Source of the DNA: a virus
Lineage: Duplodnaviria > Caudoviricetes
Direction: 5' to 3' (one strand)
Virus record (IMG/VR): IMGVR_UViG_3300006029_000009
Coordinates: 1-51,563 of that record
DNA length: 51,563 nt
Shown: in pieces, positions 35,150-47,100 of the stretch
Numbering within the stretch: the stretch's first letter is position 1
How the letters are laid out: each line of letters begins with the position of its first letter
Notes under the pieces: generated by a model
Seen by the model: only the letters and a program-made list of their open reading frames with translations
The model's database searches: none
What the model was told of the DNA's origin: nothing
Position numbers and translations under genes: made by a program

Positions 35150-38100
35150 AATGGTCACAAGTTACAGCATCGCCACGATTCCAAGAGTTTGATGAAGAAA
35201 AAAAAGAGCTTGTTCGCAATGACTTTTTTACGAAATTCGTTGCACCTGATGCGCCTCAAGAGCGCCTGCCAGAATTAAAGCTGGCTTGGGACGAAAAAAC
35301 AAAAGGTGTTGCTGATGTAACACTGAAAGGCGTTAGGGATAAGGCCGTATTCGCTAACGAGGATGGCGAAGAGGTTAAGGCGTTTAATGATAAACCTGTC
35401 GCGAATAATGACCCGCAAGAAAAAGGGTTCTTAAATAACTCACTAAGACTTGCTGGCGATACCGTTAATAGAGTTGCTGGCGGTATTGTTGGTGTTGCTG
35501 ATGATGTATTAGAGGTTGCGGAAAATGCCGTCAACCTTGGAGGTTTTCGCTATCAGGACGATTCAATAATTCCTGAATACCTATCGCCTAAAGAGTGGAA
35601 AAAGGCGCGCGAAGGTGGGTTAAAAAATACTTTTGAGCGAGTTGAAAACAATTTAAAAACGTCAACGCTTGGCGGTACAAAAAAACATACCCCTGAAAAA
35701 ATTAAGAATGCTTACAAGGAAGGCCGCTATTGGGATATGACAGCAGAAACATTTAAATTTGCTGGAGAGTCGGGCATTGAATCACTCCCTTATATGCTTC
35801 TTGCTACCGTTAGTCTGCCCGCACTAGCTATAAGCGAGGCCGACAGATACGGAAACGAAAGGGCCGCCAATAAAGGTAAAGGCGATTCTTCAATTGTTGA
35901 TACGTTAGAAGCATTGCCATTCGCTTTGGGCGCGTCATACCTTGAAAGATTCGGCGCAAAAGGTATCGCTAACGCTGGGAAAGATGCAGCCGAAAGCCTC
36001 GGTAAAGAAATGATTGACTCGGGCTTCAAGCATGTAATTAAAAGCTCGGGTAAAGCTGGCGCGAAAGAAGCTGGAACTGAATTTTTCCAAGAGGGTGTTA
36101 TTGAGTATATCGGAACACGCTTTGGGACCGACGCTAAAATGGATGCGCTAGAGGCGATTGAATCGGGCGCATGGGGAGCATTGGCTGGTGGAATATCTGG
36201 CACAGCTATGGCAACCGTTCCCGCTACCGCGCGAGAAATAGTGCGAAGCAAGTATGATTCTGGTCAAAGGGACGTTGCTGATTATTCTGGCCCCAAGCCG
36301 CTAAAAAACTTTCTTGACGAAGATGCTGGTACTGAAAGCACAGAAAATGAAGCCGCTTATAATCCAGAAGAGGTTACAGCTAACCTAGAAAGTCAAAAAG
36401 TTACAGCCACTCCCGATCAGATTGAGTCAACGCTAGACGATGATATTGATATTGATTCCGAGTTAGCCGTTACCGCTAATGACTTAACTAAAAATAAAGA
36501 AATTCAAGAAGCTATTGATATAGTCAAGCTTGAGTCTATGGAAGACAAATACGCTGACGATGAAAATATTGAAAACGACACCGCTAACGAAATAGCCGCA
36601 CTTGAATCAATTGTCTCGCAGGATGAGAGCGCTTTAATAAATCCTAGTGAGCAGTCAAAAGAGGATTTCATTAAGGCTGCCCCTACTCAAGAAATTGATA
36701 GTTCGCCGTCTATGATTGAGGGCTTAACTGATATTGAGTCGGCTCAGTCACGCGCAAGATTTAAAGAGCTTGGCCCAGAAAAGTATTCAAAATGGGCTGG
36801 AGGCCGCTTTACAGATAAAGCCAAAAAAGATGCTGCGCTATCACTGCTTGCGCCGAATCAAGATAGTGCTGGGCAGCCGTCTAAAATTGATAAGCTTAGA
36901 GAAAAGGTCCAGTCACTACGCGAAGAAAAAGAGCAGGAAGCCATAACGGAAATTGATGTTCCCGCAAGAAAAGCAGCAGCCAATAAAAACGCTATCGCAA
37001 AAGAAAAACATAACGCGACCGCAAATATCGACACAACTAAAGACTCGTTGCTAGTCGCAGCCGCAAGGAGAGGCGGGCTTAATATGGCTGCATGGGAATC
37101 GGAAGGTTTAGATTCTAGCGATATGAAAAACAGATCGATCAACAATAAAGTGTTTGGTCGGCCATCATTCAGGGTAAACGGCGGAATGACGCCGGATGAC
37201 TTAGCTGAATTGGCCAATGAGTATGGTTATGGGGAAAATTTAACTGCCAGCGACGCCATAGACCTTATTAGCAATGAAATGGCAGGCAGACCAAGCTACA
37301 ATCCGGTCGCGGTTGATGCAATCATGGCGCAAGAGGCCGAGCAGCAGCAGCGAGACCTGCAAGATGCGGAAGAAGCTTTTGATCTAACGGAAGAGCAATC
37401 GCTGATTGTCCAAGCTACCGATGAGGCTATAGCTTCGGGCGTAAGCATGGATGAAATAAATAGCGTTATTAACGAGAGAGAGGGCAAAACATGGGAAATA
37501 ATCGGGTATCTAAAGGGGTTAAAGCCAAATGAAGAAAGAGGAGGCGGACAAGATAATGAAAGCGGCACTGTTTCTAAACGAGAGAAGGAAGAAGCGGGAA
37601 GCGAAGACGGCGATCCTACGGTCCCGTTTGAAGGAAAAGGAAAAGGAGAAGGTCAAGCCGAAGTAATAGGAAAAGATGATGCTTTACCCGACTGGCTTAC
37701 TGATGGCTTTGATCTTGAATCCCAAACAGAGGGAGATATAAAGCAAAAAGATGAGTCCATCAAAAAGGCGGAAGCAGAAAATAGAAAGGCTGATGATGAC
37801 GCTGAAGCTAAGCGCAAAGCGGACTTAGAGGCCAATGACTTTGTGTTATCTGGTAGTAATTCTACGTCAGACATTGCCGCCTCGCTCGGTCAAGGCGATA
37901 TATTTGCATCGTCACCTGTAAAAACTGATGCGACAAATAAAGCAAAGCCTGCAACAGTAAAAAGCACCCATATAGATATTGTTACGGGCGAAGAAATCGA
38001 AATAACAGGCAACGTTAATGCTGACGGTGCCGTTTTTAAGTTTTCGGACGGCAGCCTGCAAAGCAGGAATAATGATGAGGTTGCTGAAACGTATGAATAT

Positions 38101-41100
38101 AGCGAGTCTAAAAAACAAAAAATGGTGTCCTCGTCTTACGCTCACGGCAGGGCTGAAAGAGAGAAAGGTTCACCGAGAGAGTTGCCGGCGCACTATGCGT
38201 CATCTAAAAGGAAAAACGCTAAAGAGTGGTATCGAGGATGGGATGCGGGACGCGCCGCACCAAAAGAAAACACTGTATTTACCGAAAGCGCAGCCGAGAA
38301 AGCTAGAGCCGTACTTCTAGCTAAAATGAAAAACCTGAACTCAGGATTGGACCCTGAAACTGTTCAGGCAGGTATAACGCTGGCAGGGTATCACATAGAA
38401 AAAGGAGCGAGGACATTTTCAGCTTACTCAAAGGAAATGATAAATGACTTAGGTGACGCTGTTATTCCATACCTTAAAAGCTGGTATATGGCGGTAAAAT
38501 ATTACCCTAATGCAAATTTTGAGGGAATGGACGACGCCGCACTTGTAGAAAATTTTGACACAAACAAGCTTAAAGATACCGATAAAGGCAGCCTAGATGA
38601 ATACCTTGCCGATAATCTTGCAGATATAACCGATAACCGTAAACTTAAAAATCTAATTGCTGAATACTTTGGCATTACCTATGAGCAGGTTGGCGATAAA
38701 GAGTTAAAGCAGGCCCAAGAAGCGCTGGAGCTGGCGCTAGTAAGGCAGGCTAGAGAAACCGTTAAGAATGGCGGTAGCGCTTCAGATATTTACAATGCAC
38801 TGGTCGATCAGTACAACAACCAGCCAAACCTTAATGTTCGGTCTAGTAGTAGTGTTGAAAATCAAGCTTACAGCACCCCATCACCACTAGCCTTCATTGC
38901 ATCTAACCTTGCTGGGATTAACCAAGAAAAAACAGTTTATGAGCCTACGGCTGGCAATGGCATGCTTTTGATTAATGCCGACCCGTCAAAAGCAAAGGTT
39001 AATGAGCTCGATAAAGGTAGGGCGCAAAATTTAGAAGCCCAAGGCTTTAGCGTTAGCAGCGACGACGCCACCACTCTTACGGTTGCGCCTAAGCATGACT
39101 CAGTAATAATGAACCCGCCTTTTGCAACACTGGATAAAAATGTTCGCATCGATGGGTATAGCATAAAAAAATTAGATCATCTTATTGTTGCTAAAGCGCT
39201 TGAAGGAATGAAGGATGGCGGTAAAGCATCTATAATTATAGGGGCAAACAAAAAAGAGGGCGTTATTGGCGCGACAGAAAAAGTGTTTTTCAACTGGTTA
39301 TATGGAAACTATAACGTAGTTGACCACATTGAGATAGATGGGGACCTTTATAAGCGACAGGGTGCCGGATGGCCCGTAAGACTAATAACGATAGATGGAA
39401 GACGGCAATCAAAGCAGTTCGCGCCGCCCTCTGGATCAATTGCAAGACTGGATAACTGGAGCGATATTTATGAGCACTACATCGACATTGAAAAGCTTTT
39501 GGGTGCCCCTTCAAAAGAGCCTGACGGAAGAGGAGAGGATAGTGCTGTCGTGGAAGCGGAAAGCAACGACGACAGATCAACTACGCGACCTAATGGAGTC
39601 AAAACTCCTGTTTCTGACGGAGGGATTAACAGCAGGACAGATAATGGAGTCTCTGCAAGTAGTGCAGGGGATGGCAAGCCTAGCGTCGTGGGCGGCAGAT
39701 CCGGCGGGGATAGTGGAAACACTGTTATGGGAGGGAGAACTGGCGGAGTTGATAGTCAGCGTGGAGATGGAAGAGCCGTCGACAGCAGTAAAAACAAAGG
39801 AGTTGAAGGAGATAGCGCTAAACCAGACGCTCGACGAGTGGCTGCAAACCCTATTAGCAGCAAGAAGCGCATAGAGGGTGGAGCGTCATCTTTCCAGTCT
39901 AATTATGTATCAAAAAGCAAAGGGTACAATGAAGGCGTATTAGTGCCGAAAAACATGGCCGATGTAACAGCAAAAGCCCTTGACGAGATCGAGAGCGAGA
40001 TAGGTGATTTTGATGCTTATGCTATGGATAAACTAGGCTATAAAAGCATAAAAGAGCTTCACGACGCTTTTATGGGCTTGCAGGTAGATACTATTGTCGC
40101 GCAAATATACAACATGGAAGCGAAAGGCAAGGGTGTAATTATTGCCGATCAGACAGGCGTAGGCAAAGGCAGGCAGGCTGCCGGAATAATCAGGTATGCA
40201 ATGAGAAAGGGTAAAATCCCTATTTTCGTTACAGCTAAACCCAATCTATTCTCAGATATGTATGAAGAACTCCTATCTATCGGCGTTACTGATGCGTCGC
40301 CATTTATTAGCAGCCAAAAAGAAGCAATCATTTACGAAGATCAGACGCTATTCAAAGATAAGCCAGACCCCCATAAAGCTAAAGTTTTCGATGTTATAGA
40401 TTCTGGTAGCTTGCCAGATGGCAGTAATATGTTTTTCACCACGTATGACCAAATGAAGATCACCGCAAATAATAAAAAGCGAGAAATGGTAAGCGCGCTT
40501 GTTGATTCTGGTAAAGCGCTCTTTGTTCTTGACGAGTCTCACAATGCCTCTGGCGTATTCAGTAACGAGAAGAAGATTGATGGTGTAAAAACTGAGGTTA
40601 TAACTGCTGCGGGGTTCTTCTCTCAGCAGACGAAGGGGGCGGAAGTTATGTATTTGTCGGCCACCTATGCAAAAAGACCGGACAATATGCCCTTGTATCA
40701 CAAGACCGACATTATCAATGCCGTTGATAGCGAGGCGGAGCTTGTCGACGCAATCAGTGTGGGCGGAGTGCCTTTACAGCAGGTAGCTTCAAGCCTATTA
40801 GCGGGATCTGGCCAGCTGTTTAGGCGTGAGCGCTCTTTTGATGGCATTAATATCCCTATGGTTGTTGATACCGAAAACACCGATTATCAGAGAAAGGTAG
40901 CTGACATTGTAACTGATGGTCTTGATGCCGTTGTTAATGCCAATAATATTTTTATGGCGTTCTTTTTTGAAGGGGGTTATGCCGACAAGTATGGTCCGGC
41001 AGGCGGCGGAGTCAAAGCGGCAGGCAACAAGGCGGGCAAGTCGGATATTAGTGTTAACCCGTTTACAAGCACGGTCCACAATAGTATCCGCCAGCTAATG

Positions 41101-44100
41101 CTAGGCATTAAAGCTAAAAGATCAGCAGAAATGGCGATAGACCTGCACAAGAAGGGCGTTAAGCCAGTTATCGCGCTAGAAAATACAATGGGGTCATTGC
41201 TGTCAGGCCTTATCAAGTCAAGGGGCCTTGTTGATGGCGACAGGATAGACTTCAATTATAACGATATTCTACTGACCAGCTTGGAGCGATCAAGAAGAAT
41301 ATCAGTAAAAGACGCAAAAGGTGATAGTCAGCCGGTGCAAATTGAGATTCATCAGCTTGACCCTGTAACCAAGCAGGCATATCTTGAGGCCGAAGATACT
41401 ATTAACGCGCTTGATCTTGGCGACCTACCGGCATCACCGCTAGATTACATGCTCAACGAAATGAGCAGGGCGGGAATGAGAGCAGATGAAATAACCGGCA
41501 GACAGTGGTCCGTCGATTACAGTGGCGACCACCCTGTAATAAGAAAAATCAAGCCCAAAAGTGCGGCTGCTAGAAAAAAAATAATAGACGCCTTTAACTC
41601 GGGCGGCCTTGACTCTCTTATATTAAATGTTGCGGGCGCAACTGGTTTAAGCCTGCATGCAAGCGAGAAGTTTACCGATACCAAGCCAAGACACATGATT
41701 GTTGCTCAAGCAATGCTTGACGTTAATATATTAATGCAGATGTTGGGTAGAATAAATAGAACAGGGCAAGTAGAGCTGCCGCAATATTCATTGCTAACAC
41801 TTAACCTGCCGTCAGAAAAAAGGCCAGTCGCCAACACAATGAAAAAGCTGGCGCAGCTGAATGCTAATACAAGCTCAAATGATAAAAGTGATACCAGCTT
41901 TGATGCGCCCGATTTTTTAAATAAGTATGGCGACGAGGCTGTTAACGAGTGGTTGCTAGATAACCCCAAAATATCCCTCAAGTCTGGAATTTCAGCCATT
42001 GAAAATTCAGCGCCGGAAGCCGGTCTCGCTAATAAGTTTACTGGCCGAATTTCTAGGTTTAAAGTCAACCTGCAGGAGCGTATTTATGATGAAATAATAG
42101 ACGCGTATAACGATAAAATTGAATACCTTAATTCGGTAAACCAGAATGATCTTATTGCTCAAACCATAGACCTTGACGCGCACATATTGGAAAGTAAGGT
42201 TGTTTACGAAGGCAAGGGAATAGATAAAATATCTGGCAACACTACATTACACAAAGTTAATACAAAATATCAAGGCAAGCCACCACTACCTTCAGATGTA
42301 GAGAAGGCAATAAAAAAAGGGTTGAAGGGCTCTACTCCCGACGCGATATACAATAAGATTGTGGCATCAAGAGAGGCGGACACCAAATATTTAATCTCTC
42401 TTGAAGAATCACAAGCCGATAACGAAAAAGAGCTTGATAAGTTTTCGGGAAAACTAAGGCTTTTACCTTCGGGGACTGAAGAGGAGACAAAGCAGCGGGA
42501 ATTAATCAGCAAAAAAATAGTTGAGATTGAGAATAGAATAGCGTCAGATATTGAGTCGATAAACAACTATCACTCGCAAGCACGCCTAACAAAGCAAATG
42601 CTCAGCCAATTTAAAATTGGAAATAGAGTTGCGGTGATGGTGGATGACCAGCAGGTGCTAGGGGTTGTTACCGACGTCAAAGACGGCCATAAAGAAGGAA
42701 AGGGCAATCCTTATGCGCTATCAAAGGCAAAGGTAACCTTAATGGTTAATTCTGGCGTGAGACAAATTTCATTACCACTTTCTAAACTAAAAGAGGGTGG
42801 TGGAATATTTGATCGTGTCATTAAAGGCAGTGGGATAGAAGGTCTGGACAGAATATTTGATCCAACATTCGGCCGGACGGAAAGAAGAGAAATAAGGCAC
42901 ATTGCTACCGGCAACTTATTTGCTGGATTCGCAAAATTACCCAAAGGCCACATTATAAGGTTTACCGATAGGGCTGGTGCCACACACCAAGGCATACTCA
43001 TGCCTAGAAGCTTCGGCAAGAAAGGCGAATTTGAGCAAGGTGCGGCGGTATTAACCCGAGTTGTTCGTGACCCTAAAGCGGCGGCAAAATACCTTCTTTC
43101 TGGTGGCGTGGCGGCGGAGTCAGGGCTATTTAGTCCAGACAGGACCGTTAAGGTTCGCATGGGCAGGGAATCACTTTCTGTATTTGTGCCCAACAATAGC
43201 CGTCCGTCTGTAGGTAGAAGCATAAAACTGAATACCACGATTAGAGGCATGATTGGCGACTTCTACGGTAGAGGAAAGGAGTCGATGGCTAAGGTTGGCG
43301 AAGCTAATCTGCAAAAAGTATTAACTGAAATAATGGCCACGACACCACTTTATATTAATTCTGGGCTTGGCGCGCAATACGAAGATGCTGGCGGAGCCGC
43401 AGCGATAGAAGCTGTTATGTCTTTTGACGGTGACACTATTCAACCTGAAGCGCTGGCACCAAAACAAGCAGTAGAAAATGTTAGTGAAAAGGCGCAAGAT
43501 GAGAGTATAGAAGGCACCCTGCCGGATAGCACAACGGTATCGAAGCCGGACAAACCAACGGTATCTGAGCCGGATAGCTCGCTCGTCGAAACATGGGGGG
43601 CGAAACACACGAAAACTGACGCCGACCTTTATATGGCGGGAATGACCAAGCGAGTTGAGAGGGATGAATTTTTAGAGCTAAAAGAGTTAGCGAAAAAGAA
43701 TAACGGTTATTGGTCCAGATTTGGCAAAGCCGGTTTTCTTTTTGAAAGTGAGAGTGATAGAGCTTCATTTGTTGCTGCTATCGAGTCGAGAGATAACCCT
43801 ACATCGGGCTCGCTTAATGAGCCAAGGACAAAATATGAAACAGACAGCCAGAAAAAAACAAACGCTGACAATCGTGCCAGAAAGCAAGCTGAAGAAGCCA
43901 TTTCAGGGAATGCTAGATGGGGAAAAGGAACCATACTCGCCAATGGAATTAGTAATCAATTCAAAGAAAAAGGGTTCGTTAGCCTTGTCGGGCAAAAAGT
44001 AGACTCCGACCAAGACCTAGCAAACCTTGCGGAAGTTTACCGCGACCCGAGATTTGAAACTTTCAGAGTATTCTTTATTAAAGATGGCAAGGTTGTTGGT

Positions 44101-47100
44101 CAGACAGGGATTACATCAAGAATGCCTAGCACTGTACTGATATTTGACAATGATCTTGATAGGGAAAACAAGCTTAATGACCTTGGCAAGCAAAAAGAAG
44201 CGTTGGGTGCAGATGGTTTTTATATGCTGCACAACCACCCGTCAGGAAACCCCCAGCCGTCTAGGGCTGACATTTTCATTACAAAGCAGTTTGATAAAGG
44301 TATTGATGGTTTTCTTGGCCATGTTGTTATTAATGGCGATAAATATGCGTTTATAGACAAGGATATGTCTACAGAAATTAAAAACAGAAAAAATGAAGGG
44401 TACGGTAGTACCGACGAGGCCAAAATAGCCCACCCCCTTATTGGCGCAACCATATCTCAATCTTCCGATCTTTATGCAATAGGCGCAAAGCTTCGCGATG
44501 GGGCCGATGGACATATTCAGATAATAGCTAGAGGTAATTCGGGAATTAGGGGTATTTTTAGTGTTGACCCAGCAGAAATAGGAGAAAGCAAAAAAGAAAG
44601 ATTAAGGTTAGCCGCAACACTTAGACGTTTTTCTAGGCAGGTAGGAGGCGCCGAGATTTTTGCCGTCAACGTACCTGAGTCGCACGCTGAGCTTTTTGTT
44701 CACGCCATAAAAAAAGGAATTATAGTTGACGCGATCACAGCTTCGGTCGACGGCTCTTATTCGTCTATTAGAGGCCTAGGTATCGACCCAATTGAGAGTG
44801 GATTTAAGCAAAAATCGATGAGCGTTGATGAAGAGGGCAGCGGTTATTCCGCCCCGACAGAAGTCGAAGGGTTTGATCAATGGGTGCTACCTAACGAGCT
44901 AACTGGAACGGTAAGCGACAGCATCACAACCAAAAAAGGTATTCAGCAGCGACTAAGAAGCTCACGGCGCAAGCTCCAAGATAAGCATATTGTATGGCAG
45001 AGCGTACAAGAGGCAATCAAAAAAGCAGGCGGGAACATAGTTGATTTTAGCGACGCCTATAATAAATTTACTTTGATCGAGGGCAAGATAGGCCACCACT
45101 TTCGCAACCTGCACGATGACCATGTAAAACCCTTGATTGATGCTGTAGTCGAATCAGAAATATCTATTGATCAACTAAACGAATATCTCTACGCCAAATT
45201 CGCCCCGCAGAGAAACGCTACTATAGCTGACCGCGATCCAGAAAGGCCGGACGGTGGGTCGGGAATGACTGACGCACAATCTCAAGAAGTCTTGTCTAAA
45301 TTCACTCCCGAGCAAACGGAGACGCTAGAGTCTCTCGCTCAACGGGTTTATGCGATGAATCGAATGAAGCTGGACGTACTGGTTGATTCTGGCCGCATGA
45401 CAGATGAAACACGGGAAGAGTTATTGAAGGATGATCGCTATGTCCCACTAAAAGGTTTTGCTGAAGCTGGCGATCTTGTCGCTGACACTAACGCTGTAGG
45501 CAAAGGTTTTGATCAGGCGCAGAAGTTATTTAAAGAGGCTACAGGCAGAAAGTCGCTTGCTGCGGATATTTTACAAACAGCTGTTCGTGATATTGAGTCT
45601 GGATTGATTTCAGCAGAAAAAAATAGAGTGGGGCAATCCGTGCTAAAACTGGTCATGGACAATCCCAATGAAAACCTATGGGAAATAAATCCAATAAAGA
45701 CCAGCCGTCACTTAAATAAAACAACAGGACAGGTAGAGCTTAGAACAGAAAAAAACTACAAGTCATTATCTCGCGATCCCAATGTATTTGTAACGTGGGT
45801 CGAGGGTAAGCCCTATGCAATAGAGTTTAAAGACGGCAACGGCGGAGAGTCCTCACTTGCTCGCGCCCTTAAAAACATGGGGACCGATTCAGTGCCGTGG
45901 TGGGCTCAAGGGTTAGGCCGATACAATCGCTGGCTGTCCTACGTCAACACCGCATTGTCGCCAGAATTTATGCTGATAAACCCCATACGAGACGTGCAGA
46001 CAGCGCTTGTGAAAACCTATGGAGATTTTGATGCGTCAACAGCGAAAGATGTTGTTAAAAACATTCCTCGGGCGATGCGTGCAGCTATGGGCGGGCTAGG
46101 TGAAAGCAAGCTATCGCAAAAACTATCTAATCCTGAAGATGCAAAGTTTTATATCGAGTACGAAGCAGAAGGCGGAAAGACGGATTATTTTAGAACAAAA
46201 ACTGTCGAAGAAATGAAACGCGAGTTTGACCGAGAGTTGTGGGCTGCCAAGAAGGGAGCTAAAGGCACCGCTATTCGAGGCGCAAGGCATATATTGAAAA
46301 CTATTGAAAATGCTAATGCTATTCTCGAAAACATGACGCGGCTGTCTTTATATATGACGCTTAGAGAGCGGGGCGTTAGCGCTCATCAAGCCGCCACTGC
46401 CTCAAAAAATTTAACGGTCAACTTTAATCGCAAGGGAGAAATGGGGGCGCTAGCAAATAGCTTGTATCTATTTTATAACGCCTCTATTCAAGGGTCGCAC
46501 CTAACAATTAAGTTAATGCAAAACCCCAAAGTGCAAAAATTGTTGGCGGTAGCGGGCGCAGGTATGATGGCGCTAACCGCTTACAATATATTAATGGGTG
46601 GCGACGACGAAGATGGAGAGCAAAACTATTTTAAAAATGTAACGGATTACGAGAAGGAGAGAAATATTATTATTATGTGGCCAGATGGTAGCGGTCGCTA
46701 TACAAAAATTCCTTTGCCTTATGGTTTAAATGTCCCTCTAAACGCTGCCGCCGCAATGGTTCATGTTGGCTTTGGTCAAGACCCAATGAGCGAGGCAGGC
46801 AAGGTATTTAGCTCTGCATGGACATCGTTCAGCCCGATAGGTGAAAAAGGATGGAATATCATAGCGCCCACGGTCATTGATCCAATTATTGACGTTACCT
46901 TAAACAGAAATTTTGCTGACCGTAAGATCATGCCGTCTGAGAATATTTATGCCAAAAATGCCAAGCCGGATTCACAAAGATACTTCAGTACAAGCAATAA
47001 GTACTTTGTTGAGGCCGCGAAAGCCCTTAATGATTACACTGGAGGTAACGAGAACAAATCAGGTATCGTCGACATATCACCGGAAACTATCGAGTATGCC

